From: Nemertoderma westbladi | Lineage: Eukaryota > Animalia > Xenacoelomorpha | Assembly: GCA_032718475.1 (NCBI GenBank) | Contig: JAUCBJ010003332.1 | Location: forward strand, 1 to 61,717 | DNA length: 61,717 nucleotides | Reading direction: 5' to 3' | Notes under the pieces: model-generated | What the model was told of the DNA's origin: nothing | Seen by the model: only the letters and a program-made list of their open reading frames with translations | Databases searched by the model: none | Part shown: positions 39,401-53,100 of the stretch, piece after piece | Numbering within the stretch: position 1 is the first letter of the stretch | Layout of the letters: each line of letters starts with the position of its first letter | Position numbers and translations under genes: made by a program

Positions 39401-42400
39401 CAGTCCACTAGGTCCCTCCTTCTCTCGTCATACTTTATGAGCAGTCCCCTAGGTCCCTCCTTCTCTCGTCATACTTTATGAGCAGTCCACTAGGTTCCTC
39501 CTTCTCTCGTCATACTTTATGATCAGTCCCCTAGGTCCCTCCTTCTCTCGTCATACTTTATGAGCAGTCCACTAGGTCCCTCCTTCTATCGTCATACTTT
39601 ATGAGCAGTCCACTAGGTCCCTCCTTCTATCGTCATACTTTATGAGCAGTCCACTAGGTCCCTCCTTCTCTCGTCATACTTTATGAGCAGTCCCCTAGGT
39701 CCCTCCTTCTCTCGTCATACTTTATGAGCAGTCCACTAGGTCCCTCCTTCTATCGTCATACTTTATGAGCAGTCCCCTAGGTCCCTCCTTCTCTCGTCAT
39801 ACTTTATGAGCAGTCCACTAGGTCCCTCCTTCTCTCGTCATACTTCATGAGCAGTCCACTAGGTCCCTCCTTCTCTCGTCATACTTTATGAGCAGTCCAC
39901 TAGGTCCCTCCTTCTCTCGTCATACTTTATGAGCAGTCCACTAGGTCCCTGGTTCTCTCGTCATACTTTATGAGCAGTCCCCTAGGTCCCTCCTTCTCTC
40001 GTCATACTTCATGAACAGTCCACTAGGACCCTCCTTCTCTTGTCATACTTTATGAGCAGTCCCCTAGGTCCCTGCTTCTTTGGTCATAATTTATGAGCAG
40101 TCCACTAGGTCCCGGCTTCTATCGTCATACTTTATGAGCAGTCCACCAGGTCCCTCCTTCTATCGTCATACTTTTTGAGCAGTCCACTAGGTCCCTCCTT
40201 CTCTCGTCATACTTTATGAGCAGTCCCCTACGTCCCTCCTTCTCTCTTCATACTTTATGAGCAGTCCACTAGGTCCCTCCTTCTATCGTCATACTTTATG
40301 AGCAGTCCCCCTAGGTCCCTGCTTCTTTCGTCATACTTTATGAGCAGTCCCCTAGGTCCTTGCTTCTTTCGTCATAATTTATGAGCAGTCCCCCTAGTTC
40401 CCTCCTTCTATCGTCATACTTTATGAGCAGTCCCCCTAGGTCCCTCCTTCTATCGTCATACTTCATGAGCAGTCCACTAGGTCCCTCCTTCTCTCGTCAT
40501 ACTTTATGAGCAGTCCCCTAGGTCCCTGCTTCTTTCGTCATAATTTATGAGCAGTCCCCCTAGGTCCCTCCTTCTATCGTCATACTTTATGAGCAGTCCC
40601 CTAGGTCCCTGCTTCTCTCGTCATACTTTATGAGCAGTCCCCCTAGGTCCCTGCTTCTTTCGTCATACTTTATGAGCAGTCCCCTAGGTCCTTGCTTCTT
40701 TCGTCATAATTTATGAGCAGTCCCCCTAGGTCCCTCCTTCTATCGTCATACTTTATGAGCAGTCCCCCTAGGTCCCTCCTTCTATCGTCATACTTTATGA
40801 GCAGTCCACTAGGTCCCTGCTTCTCTCGTCATACTTTATGAGCAGTCCCCTAGGTCCCTCCTTCTCTCGTCATACTTAATGAGCAGTCCACTAGGTCCCT
40901 CCTTCTCTCGTCATACTTTATGAGCAGTCCCCTAGGTCCCTCCTTCTCTCGTCATACTTTATGAGCAGTCCACTAGGTCCCTCCTTCTATCGTCATACTT
41001 TATGAGCAGTCCCGTAGATCCCTGCTTCTTTCGTCATAATTTATGAGCAGGCCCCCTATGTCCCTCCTTCTATCATCATACTTCATGAACAGTCCACTAG
41101 GTCCCTGCTTCTTTCGTCATAATTTATGAGCAGTCCCCCTAGGTCCCTCCTTCTATCGTCATGCTTTATGAGCAGTCCACTAGGTCCCTCCTTCTATCGT
41201 CATACTTCATGAGCAGTCCACTAGGTCCCGTCTTCTATCGTCATACTTTATAAGCAGTCCACTATGTCCTTCCTTCTATCGTCATACTTAATGAGCAGTC
41301 CACTAGGTCCCACCTTCTATCATCATACTTTATGAGCATTCAACTGGGTCCCTCCTTCTTTCGTCACTACTTCATGAGCAGTCCACTAGGTCCCTCCTTC
41401 TCTCGTCATAATTTATGAGCAGTCCACTAGGTCCCTCCTTCTATCGTCATACTTTATGAGCAGTCCACTAGGTCCCTCCTTCTATCGTCATACTTTATGA
41501 GCAGTCCCCTAGGTCCCTGCTTCTCTCGTCATACTTTATGAGCAGTCCCCTAGGTCCCTCCTTCTATCGTCATACTTTGTGAGCAGTCCACTAGGTCCCT
41601 CCTTCTATCGTCATACTTTATGAGCAGTCCACTAGGTCCCTCCTTCTATCGTCATACTTTATGAGCAGTCCACTAGGTCCCTCATTCTCTCGTCATACTT
41701 TATGAGCAGTCCACTAGGTCCCTCCTTCTCTCGTCATACTTTATGAGCAGTCCCCTAGGTCCCTGCTTCTTTCGTCATAATTTATGAGCAGTCCCGTAGG
41801 TCCCTCCTTCTCTCGTCATACTTCATGAGCAGTCCACTAGGTCCCTCCTTCTCTCGTCATACTTTATGAGCAGTCCCCTAGGTCCCTCCTTCTCTCGTCA
41901 TACTTTATGAGCAGTCCACTAGGTCCCTCCTTCTATCGTCATACTTTATGAGCAGTCCCCTAGGTCCCTGCTTCTTTCGTCATAATTTATGAGCAGGCCC
42001 CCTAGGTCCCTCCTTCTTTCGTCATACTTTATGAGCAGTCCCCTAGGTCCCTCCTTCTCTCGTCATACTTTATGAGCAGTCCCCTAGGTCCCTGCTTGTT
42101 TCGTCATAATTTATGAGCAGTCCACTAGGTCCCTCCTTCTATCGTCATACTTTATGAGCAGTCCACCAGGTCCCTCCTTCTATCGTCATACTTTTTGAGC
42201 AGTCCACTAGGTCCCTCCTTCTGTCGTCATACTTTATGAGCAGTCCACTAGGTCCCTCCTTCTCTCGTCATACTTTATGAGCAGTCCACTAGGTCCCTGC
42301 TTCTTTCGTCATAATTTATGAGCAGTCCCCCTAGGTCCCTCCTTCTCTCGTCATACTTTATGAGCAGTCCCCTAGGTCCCTGCTTCTTTCGTCATAATTT

Positions 42401-45400
42401 ATGAGCAGTCCCCCTAGGTCCCTCCTTCTCTCGTCATACTTTATGAGCAGTCCCCTACGTCCCTCCTTCTCTCTTCATACTTTATGAGCAGTCCACTAGG
42501 TCCCTCCTTCTATCGTCATACTTTATGAGCAGTCCCCTAGGTCCCTGCTTCTTTCGTCATAATTTATGAGCAGTCCCCCTAGGTCCCTGCTTCTTTCGTC
42601 ATAATTTATGAGCAGTCCCCCTAGGTCCCTGCTTCCCTCGTCATACTTTATAAGCAATCTACTAGGTCCCTCCTTCTATCGTTATACTTTATGAGCAGTC
42701 CACTAGGTCCCTCCTTCTATCGTCATACTTTACGAGCATTCAACTAGGTCCCTCCTTCTATCGTCATACTTTATGAGCAGTCCACTAGGTCCCTCCTTCT
42801 ATCGTCATACTTTATGAGCAGTCCACCAGGTCCCTCCTTCTATCGTCATACTTTTTGAGCAGTCCACTAGGTCCCTCCTTCTGTCGTCATACTTTATGAG
42901 CAGTCCACTAGGTCCCTCCTTCTCTCGTCATACTTTATGAGCAGTCCCCTAGGTCCCTGCTTCTTTCGTCATAATTTATGAGCAGTCCCCCTAGGTCCCT
43001 CCTTCTCTCGTCATACTTTATGAGCAGTCCCCTACGTCCCTCCTTCTCTCTTCATACTTTATGAGCAGTCCACTAGGTCCCTCCTTCTATCGTCATACTT
43101 TATGAGCAGTCCCCTAGGTCCCTGCTTCTTTCGTCATAATTTATGAGCAGTCCCCCTAGGTCCCTGCTTCTTTCGTCATAATTTATGAGCAGTCCCCCTA
43201 GGTCCCTCCTTCTCTCGTCATACTTTATGAGCAGTCCCCTACGTCCCTCCTTCTCTCTTCATACTTTATGAGCAGTCCACTAGGTCCCTCCTTCTATCGT
43301 CATACTTTATGAGCAGTCCCCTAGGTCCCTGCTTCTTTCGTCATAATTTATGAGCAGTCCCCCTAGGTCCCTGCTTCTTTCGTCATAATTTATGAGCAGT
43401 CCCCCTAGGTCCCTGCTTCCCTCGTCATACTTTATAAGCAATCTACTAGGTCCCTCCTTCTATCGTTATACTTTATGAGCAGTCCACTAGGTCCCTCCTT
43501 CTATCGTCATACTTTACGAGCATTCAACTAGGTCCCTCCTTCTATCGTCATACTTTATGAGCAGTCAACTAGGTCCCGGCTTCTATCGTCATACTTTACG
43601 AGCATTCAACTAGGTCCCTCCTTCTATCGTCATACTTTATGAGCAGTCCACTAGGTCCCTGCTACCCTCGCCATACTTTATAAGCAGTTCACTATGTCCC
43701 TCCTTCTATCGTCAAGCAGTCAACTAGGTCCCGGCTTCTATCGTCATACTTTACGAGCATTCAACTAGGTCCCTCTTTCTCTCGTAACTACTTTATGAGC
43801 AGTCCCCTAGGTCCCTGCTTCCCTCGTCATACTTTATAAGCAATCTACTAAGTCCCGGCTTCTATCGTGATATTTTATGAGCAGTCCACTAGGTCCCTCC
43901 TTCTATCGTCATGCTTTATGAGCAGTCCACTAGGTCCCTCCTTCTATCGTCATACTTCATGAGCAGTCCACTAGGTCCCGTCTTCTATCGTCATACTTTA
44001 CAAGCAGTCCACTATGTCCCTCCTTCTATCGTCATACTTCATGAGCAGTCCACTAGGTCCCTCCTTCTATCATCATACTTTATGAGCATTCAACTAGGTC
44101 CCTCCTTCTTTCGTCACTACTTCATGAGCAGTCCACTAGGTCCCTCCTTATCTCGTCATACTTTATGAGCAGTCCCCTAGGTCCCTGCTTCTTTCGTCAT
44201 AATTTATGAGCAGTCCCCCTAGGTCCCTCCTTCTATCGTCATACTTTATGAGCAGTCCCCTAGGTCCCTGCTTCTCTCGTCATACTTTATGAGCAGTCCC
44301 CCTAGGTCCCTGCTTCTTTCGTCATACTTTATGAGCAGTCCCCTAGGTCCTTGCTTCTTTCGTCATAATTTATGAGCAGTCCCCCTAGGTCCCTCCTTCT
44401 ATCGTCATACTTTATGAGCAGTCCCCCTAGGTCCCTCCTTCTATCGTCATACTTTATGAGCAGTCCACTAGGTCCCTCCTTCTCACGTCATACTTTATGA
44501 GCAGTCCCCTAGGTCCCTCCTTCTCTCGTCATACTTTATGAGCAGTCCACTAGGTCCCTCCTTCTATCGTCATACTTTATGAGCAGTCCCCTAGGTCCCT
44601 GCTTCTTTCGTCATAATTTATGAGCAGGCCCCCTATGTCCCTCCTTCTATCGTCATACTTCATGAGCAGTCCACTAGGTCCCTCCTTCTATCATCATACT
44701 TTATGAGCATTCAACTAGGTCCCTCCTTCTTTCGTCACTACTTCATGAGCAGTCCACTAGGTCCCTCCTTCTCTCGTCATACTTTATGAGCAGTCCCCTA
44801 GGTCCCTGCTTCTTTCGTCATACTTTATGAGCAGTCCCCTAGGTCCTTGCTTCTTTCGTCATAATTTATGAGCAGTCCCCCTAGGTCCCTCCTTCTATCG
44901 TCATACTTTATGAGCAGTCCCCCTAGGTCCCTCCTTCTATCGTCATACTTTATGAGCAGTCCACTAGGTCCCTCCTTCTCACGTCATACTTTATGAGCAG
45001 TCCCCTAGGTCCCTCCTTCTCTCGTCATACTTTATGAGCAGTCCACTAGGTCCCTCCTTCTATCGTCATACTTTATGAGCAGTCCCCTAGGTCCCTGCTT
45101 CTTTCGTCATAATTTATGAGCAGGCCCCCTATGTCCCTCCTTCTATCGTCATACTTCATGAGCAGTCCACTAGGTCCCTCCTTCTATCGTCATACTTTAT
45201 GAGCAGTCCCCTAGGTCCCTGCTTCTCTCGTCATACTTTATGAGCAGTCCCCTAGGTCCCTCCTTCTATCGTCATACTTTGTGAGCAGTCCACTAGGTCC
45301 CTCCTTCTATCGTCATACTTTATGAGCAGTCCACTAGGTCCCTCCTTCTATCGTCATACTTTATGAGCAGTCCACTAGGTCCCTCATTCTCTCGTCATAC

Positions 45401-48400
45401 TTTATGAGCAGTCCACTAGGTCCCTCCTTCTCTCGTCATACTTTATGAGCAGTCCCCTAGGTCCCTGCTTCTTTCGTCATAATTTATGAGCAGTCCCGTA
45501 GGTCCCTCCTTCTCTCGTCATACTTCATGAGCAGTCCACTAGGTCCCTCCTTCTCTCGTCATACTTTATGAGCAGTCCCCTAGGTCCCTCCTTCTCTCGT
45601 CATACTTTATGAGCAGTCCACTAGGTCCCTCCTTCTATCGTCATACTTTATGAGCAGTCCCCTAGGTCCCTGCTTCTTTCGTCATAATTTATGAGCAGGC
45701 CCCCTAGGTCCCTCCTTCTTTCGTCATACTTTATGAGCAGTCCCCTAGGTCCCTCCTTCTCTCGTCATACTTTATGAGCAGTCCCCTAGGTCCCTGCTTG
45801 TTTCGTCATAATTTATGAGCAGTCCACTAGGTCCCTCCTTCTATCGTCATACTTTATGAGCAGTCCACCAGGTCCCTCCTTCTATCGTCATACTTTTTGA
45901 GCAGTCCACTAGGTCCCTCCTTCTGTCGTCATACTTTATGAGCAGTCCACTAGGTCCCTCCTTCTCTCGTCATACTTTTTGAGCAGTCCCCTAGGTCCCT
46001 GCTTCTTTCGTCATAATTTATGAGCAGTCCCCTACGTCCCTCCTTCTCTCTTCATACTTTATGAGCAGTCCCCTACGTCCCTCCTTCTCTCTTCATACTT
46101 TATGAGCAGTCCACTAGGTCCCTCCTTCTATCGTCATACTTTATGAGCAGTCCCCTAGGTCCCTGCTTCTTTCGTCATAATTTATGAGCAGTCCCCCTAG
46201 GTCCCTGCTTCTTTCGTCATAATTTATGAGCAGTCCCCCTAGGTCCCTGCTTCCCTCGTCATACTTTATAAGCAATCTACTAGGTCCCTCCTTCTATCGT
46301 TATACTTTATGAGCAGTCCACTAGGTCCCTCCTTCTATCGTCATACTTTACGAGCATTCAACTAGGTCCCTCCTTCTATCGTCATACTTTATGAGCAGTC
46401 CACTAGGTCCCTCCTTCTATCGTCATACTTTATGAGCAGTCCACCAGGTCCCTCCTTCTATCGTCATACTTTTTGAGCAGTCCACTAGGTCCCTCCTTCT
46501 GTCGTCATACTTTATGAGCAGTCCACTAGGTCCCTCCTTCTCTCGTCATACTTTATGAGCAGTCCCCTAGGTCCCTGCTTCTTTCGTCATAATTTATGAG
46601 CAGTCCCCCTAGGTCCCTCCTTCTCTCGTCATACTTTATGAGCAGTCCCCTACGTCCCTCCTTCTCTCTTCATACTTTATGAGCAGTCCACTAGGTCCCT
46701 CCTTCTATCGTCATACTTTATGAGCAGTCCCCTAGGTCCCTGCTTCTTTCGTCATAATTTATGAGCAGTCCCCCTAGGTCCCTGCTTCTTTCGTCATAAT
46801 TTATGAGCAGTCCCCCTAGGTCCCTGCTTCCCTCGTCATACTTTATAAGCAATCTACTAGGTCCCTCCTTCTATCGTTATACTTTATGAGCAGTCCACTA
46901 GGTCCCTCCTTCTATCGTCATACTTTACGAGCATTCAACTAGGTCCCTCCTTCTATCGTCATACTTTATGAGCAGTCCACTAGGTCCCTCCTTCTATCGT
47001 CATACTTTATGAGCAGTCCACCAGGTCCCTCCTTCTATCATCATACTTTTTGAGCAGTCCACTAGGTCCCTCCTTCTGTCGTCATACTTTATGAGCAGTC
47101 CACTAGGTCCCTCCTTCTCTCGTCATACTTTATGAGCAGTCCCCTAGGTCCCTGCTTCTTTCGTCATAATTTATGAGCAGTCCCCCTAGGTCCCTCCTTC
47201 TCTCGTCATACTTTATGAGCAGTCCCCTACGTCCCTCCTTCTCTCTTCATACTTTATGAGCAGTCCACTAGGTCCCTCCTTCTATCGTCATACTTTATGA
47301 GCAGTCCCCTAGGTCCCTGCTTCTTTCGTCATAATTTATGAGCAGTCCCCCTAGGTCCCTGCTTCTTTCGTCATAATTTATGAGCAGTCCCCCTAGGTCC
47401 CTGCTTCCCTCGTCATACTTTATAAGCAATCTACTAGGTCCCTCCTTCTATCGTCATACTTTACGAGCATTCAACTAGGTCCCTCCTTCTATCGTCATAC
47501 TTTATGAGCAGTCAACTAGGTCCCGGCTTCTATCGTCATACTTTACGAGCATTCAACTAGGTCCCTCCTTCTATCGTCATACTTTATGAGCAGTCCACTA
47601 GGTCCCTGCTACCCTCGCCATACTTTATAAGCAGTTCACTATGTCCCTCCTTCTATCGTCAAGCAGTCAACTAGGTCCCGGCTTCTATCGTCATACTTTA
47701 CGAGCATTCAACTAGGTCCCTCTTTCTCTCGTAACTACTTTATGAGCAGTCCCCTAGGTCCCTGCTTCCCTCGTCATACTTTATAAGCAATCTACTAAGT
47801 CCCGGCTTCTATCGTGATATTTTATGAGCAGTCCACTAGGTCCCTCCTTCTATCGTCATGCTTTATGAGCAGTCCACTAGGTCCCTCCTTCTATCGTCAT
47901 ACTTCATGAGCAGTCCACTAGGTCCCGTCTTCTATCGTCATACTTTATAAGCAGTCCACTATGTCCCTCCTTCTATCGTCATACTTCATGAGCAGTCCAC
48001 TAGGTCCCTCCTTCTATCATCATACTTTATGAGCATTCAACTAGGTCCCTCCTTCTTTCGTCACTACTTCATGAGCAGTCCACTAGGTCCCTCCTTATCT
48101 CGTCATACTTTATGAGCAGTCCCCTAGGTCCCTGCTTCTTTCGTCATAATTTATGAGCAGTCCCCCTAGGTCCCTCCTTCTATCGTCATACTTTATGAGC
48201 AGTCCCCCTAGGTCCCTCCTTCTATCGTCATACTTTATGAGCAGTCCACTAGGTCCCTCCTTCTCACGTCATACTTTATGAGCAGTCCCCTAGGTCCCTC
48301 CTTCTCTCGTCATACTTTATGAGCAGTCCACTAGGTCCCTCCTTCTATCGTCATACTTTATGAGCAGTCCCCTAGGTCCCTGCTTCTTTCGTCATAATTT

Positions 48401-50199
48401 ATGAGCAGGCCCCCTATGTCCCTCCTTCTATCGTCATACTTCATGAGCAGTCCACTAGGTCCCTCCTTCTATCATCATACTTTATGAGCATTCAACTAGG
48501 TCCCTCCTTCTTTCGTCACTACTTCATGAGCAGTCCACTAGGTCCCTCCTTCTCTCGTCATACTTTATGAGCAGTCCCCTAGGTCCCTGCTTCTTTCGTC
48601 ATACTTTATGAGCAGTCCCCTAGGTCCTTGCTTCTTTCGTCATAATTTATGAGCAGTCCCCCTAGGTCCCTCCTTCTATCGTCATACTTTATGAGCAGTC
48701 CCCCTAGGTCCCTCCTTCTATCGTCATACTTTATGAGCAGTCCACTAGGTCCCTCCTTCTCACGTCATACTTTATGAGCAGTCCCCTAGGTCCCTCCTTC
48801 TCTCGTCATACTTTATGAGCAGTCCACTAGGTCCCTCCTTCTATCGTCATACTTTATGAGCAGTCCCCTAGGTCCCTGCTTCTTTCGTCATAATTTATGA
48901 GCAGGCCCCCTATGTCCCTCCTTCTATCGTCATACTTCATGAGCAGTCCACTAGGTCCCTCCTTCTATCGTCATACTTTATGAGCAGTCCCCTAGGTCCC
49001 TGCTTCTCTCGTCATACTTTATGAGCAGTCCCCTAGGTCCCTCCTTCTATCGTCATACTTTGTGAGCAGTCCACTAGGTCCCTCCTTCTATCGTCATACT
49101 TTATGAGCAGTCCACTAGGTCCCTCCTTCTATCGTCATACTTTATGAGCAGTCCACTAGGTCCCTCATTCTCTCGTCATACTTTATGAGCAGTCCACTAG
49201 GTCCCTCCTTCTCTCGTCATACTTTATGAGCAGTCCCCTAGGTCCCTGCTTCTTTCGTCATAATTTATGAGCAGTCCCGTAGGTCCCTCCTTCTCTCGTC
49301 ATACTTCATGAGCAGTCCACTAGGTCCCTCCTTCTCTCGTCATACTTTATGAGCAGTCCCCTAGGTCCCTCCTTCTCTCGTCATACTTTATGAGCAGTCC
49401 ACTAGGTCCCTCCTTCTATCGTCATACTTTATGAGCAGTCCCCTAGGTCCCTGCTTCTTTCGTCATAATTTATGAGCAGGCCCCCTAGGTCCCTCCTTCT
49501 TTCGTCATACTTTATGAGCAGTCCCCTAGGTCCCTCCTTCTCTCGTCATACTTTATGAGCAGTCCCCTAGGTCCCTGCTTGTTTCGTCATAATTTATGAG
49601 CAGTCCACTAGGTCCCTCCTTCTATCGTCATACTTTATGAGCAGTCCACCAGGTCCCTCCTTCTATCGTCATACTTTTTGAGCAGTCCACTAGGTCCCTC
49701 CTTCTGTCGTCATACTTTATGAGCAGTCCACTAGGTCCCTCCTTCTCTCGTCATACTTTATGAGCAGTCCCCTAGGTCCCTGCTTCTTTCGTCATAATTT
49801 ATGAGCAGTCCCCTACGTCCCTCCTTCTCTCTTCATACTTTATGAGCAGTCCCCTACGTCCCTCCTTCTCTCTTCATACTTTATGAGCAGTCCACTAGGT
49901 CCCTCCTTCTATCGTCATACTTTATGAGCAGTCCCCTAGGTCCCTGCTTCTTTCGTCATAATTTATGAGCAGTCCCCCTAGGTCCCTGCTTCTTTCGTCA
50001 TAATTTATGAGCAGTCCCCCTAGGTCCCTGCTTCCCTCGTCATACTTTATAAGCAATCTACTAGGTCCCTCCTTCTATCGTTATACTTTATGAGCAGTCC
50101 ACTAGGTCCCTCCTTCTATCGTCATACTTTACGAGCATTCAACTAGGTCCCTCCTTCTATCGTCATACTTTATGAGCAGTCCACTAGGTCCCTCCTTCT

Positions 50200-53100
50200 A
50201 TCGTCATACTTTATGAGCAGTCCACCAGGTCCCTCCTTCTATCGTCATACTTTTTGAGCAGTCCACTAGGTCCCTCCTTCTGTCGTCATACTTTATGAGC
50301 AGTCCACTAGGTCCCTCCTTCTCTCGTCATACTTTATGAGCAGTCCCCTAGGTCCCTGCTTCTTTCGTCATAATTTATGAGCAGTCCCCCTAGGTCCCTC
50401 CTTCTCTCGTCATACTTTATGAGCAGTCCCCTACGTCCCTCCTTCTCTCTTCATACTTTATGAGCAGTCCACTAGGTCCCTCCTTCTATCGTCATACTTT
50501 ATGAGCAGTCCCCTAGGTCCCTGCTTCTTTCGTCATAATTTATGAGCAGTCCCCCTAGGTCCCTGCTTCTTTCGTCATAATTTATGAGCAGTCCCCCTAG
50601 GTCCCTGCTTCCCTCGTCATACTTTATAAGCAATCTACTAGGTCCCTCCTTCTATCGTTATACTTTATGAGCAGTCCACTAGGTCCCTCCTTCTATCGTC
50701 ATACTTTACGAGCATTCAACTAGGTCCCTCCTTCTATCGTCATACTTTATGAGCAGTCAACTAGGTCCCGGCTTCTATCGTCATACTTTACGAGCATTCA
50801 ACTAGGTCCCTCCTTCTATCGTCATACTTTATGAGCAGTCCACTAGGTCCCTGCTACCCTCGCCATACTTTATAAGCAGTTCACTATGTCCCTCCTTCTA
50901 TCGTCAAGCAGTCAACTAGGTCCCGGCTTCTATCGTCATACTTTACGAGCATTCAACTAGGTCCCTCTTTCTCTCGTAACTACTTTATGAGCAGTCCCCT
51001 AGGTCCCTGCTTCTCTCGTCATACTTTATAAGCAATCTACTAAGTCCCGGCTTCTATCGTGATATTTTATGAGCAGTCCACTAGGTCCCTCCTTCTATCG
51101 TCATGCTTTATGAGCAGTCCACTAGGTCCCTCCTTCTATCGTCATACTTCATGAGCAGTCCACTAGGTCCCGTCTTCTATCGTCATACTTTATAAGCAGT
51201 CCACTATGTCCCTCCTTCTATCGTCATACTTCATGAGCAGTCCACTAGGTCCCTCCTTCTATCATCATACTTTATGAGCATTCAACTAGGTCCCTCCTTC
51301 TTTCGTCACTACTTCATGAGCAGTCCACTAGGTCCCTCCTTATCTCGTCATACTTTATGAGCAGTCCCCTAGGTCCCTGCTTCTTTCGTCATAATTTATG
51401 AGCAGTCCCCCTAGGTCCCTCCTTCTATCGTCATACTTTATGAGCAGTCTCCTAGGTCCCTGCTTCTCTCGTCATACTTTATGAGCAGTCCCCCTAGGTC
51501 CCTGCTTCTTTCGTCATACTTTATGAGCAGTCCCCTAGGTCCTTGCTTCTTTCGTCATAATTTATGAGCAGTCCCCCTAGGTCCCTCCTTCTATCGTCAT
51601 ACTTTATGAGCAGTCCCCCTAGGTCCCTCCTTCTATCGTCATACTTTATGAGCAGTCCACTAGGTCCCTCCTTCTCACGTCATACTTTATGAGCAGTCCC
51701 CTAGGTCCCTCCTTCTCTCGTCATACTTTATGAGCAGTCCACTAGGTCCCTCCTTCTATCGTCATACTTTAAGAGCAGTCCCCTAGGTCCCTGCTTCTTT
51801 CGTCATAATTTATGAGCAGGCCCCCTATGTCCCTCCTTCTATCGTCATACTTCATGAGCAGTCCACTAGGTCCCTCCTTCTATCATCATACTTTATGAGC
51901 ATTCAACTAGGTCCCTCCTTCTTTCGTCACTACTTCATGAGCAGTCCACTAGGTCCCTCCTTCTCTCGTCATACTTTATGAGCAGTCCCCTAGGTCCCTG
52001 CTTCTTTCGTCATAATTTATGAGCAGTCCACTAGGTCCCGGCTTCTATCGTCATACTTTATGAGCAGTCCCCCTAGGTCCCTCCTTCTATCGTCATACTT
52101 TATGAGCAGTCCCCCTAGGTCCCTCCTTCTATCGTCATACTTTATGAGCAGTCCCCTAGGTCCCTGCTTCTCTCGTTATACTTTATGAGCAGTCCCCCTA
52201 GGTCCCTGCTTCTTTCGTCATACTTTATGAGCAGTCCCCTAGGTCCCTGCTTCTTTCGTCATAATTTATGAGCAGTCCCCCTAGGTCCCTCCTTCTATCG
52301 TCATACTTTATGAGCAGTCCCCCTTGGTCCCTCCTTCTATCGTCATACTTTATGAGCAGTCCACTAGGTCCCTGCTTCTCTGGTCATACTTTATGAGCAG
52401 TCCCCTAGGTCCCTCCTTCTCTCGTCATACTTCATGAGCAGTCCACTAGGTCCCTCCTTCTCTCGTCATACTTTATGAGCAGTCCCCTAGGTCCCTCCTT
52501 CTCTCGTCATACTTTATGAGCAGTCCACTAGGTCCCTCCTTCTATCGTCATACTTTATGAGCAGTCCCCTAGGTCCCTCCTTCTCTCGTCATACTTTATG
52601 AGCAGTCCACTAGGTCCCTCCTTCTATCGTCATACTTTATGAGCAGTCCCCTAGGTCCCTGCTTCTTTCGTCATAATTTATGAGCAGGCCCCCTAGGTCC
52701 CTCCTTCTCTCGTCATTCTTTATGAGCAGTCCCCTAGGTCCCTCCTTCTCTTGTCATACTTTATGAGCAGTCCCCTAGGTCCCTGCTTGTTTCGTCATAA
52801 TTTATGAGCAGTCCACTAGGTCCCTCCTTCTATCGTCATAATTTATGAGCAGTCCACTAGGTCCCTCCTTCTATCGTCATACTTTTTGAGCAGTCCACTA
52901 GGTCCCTCCTTCTGTCGTCATACTTTATGAGCAGTCCACTAGGTCCCTCCTTCTCTCGTCATACTTTATGAGCAGTCCCCTAGGTCCCTGCTTCTTTCGT
53001 CATAATTTATGAGCAGTCCCCGTAGGTCCCTCCTTCTCTCGTCATACTTTATGAGCAGTCCCCTACGTCCCTCCTTCTCTCTTCATACTTTATGAGCAGT

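Noticed and set aside
5097-44168. Short ORFs in the array (MSSPLGPSFSRH..., YEQSTRSLLLSS..., MSSPPRSLLLSSYF repeats at 22212)
   Set aside because: They are translations of the 41-bp unit. They stay open only where +1 (42-bp) variants or point changes skip the usual stop codons, and nothing suggests coding constraint.
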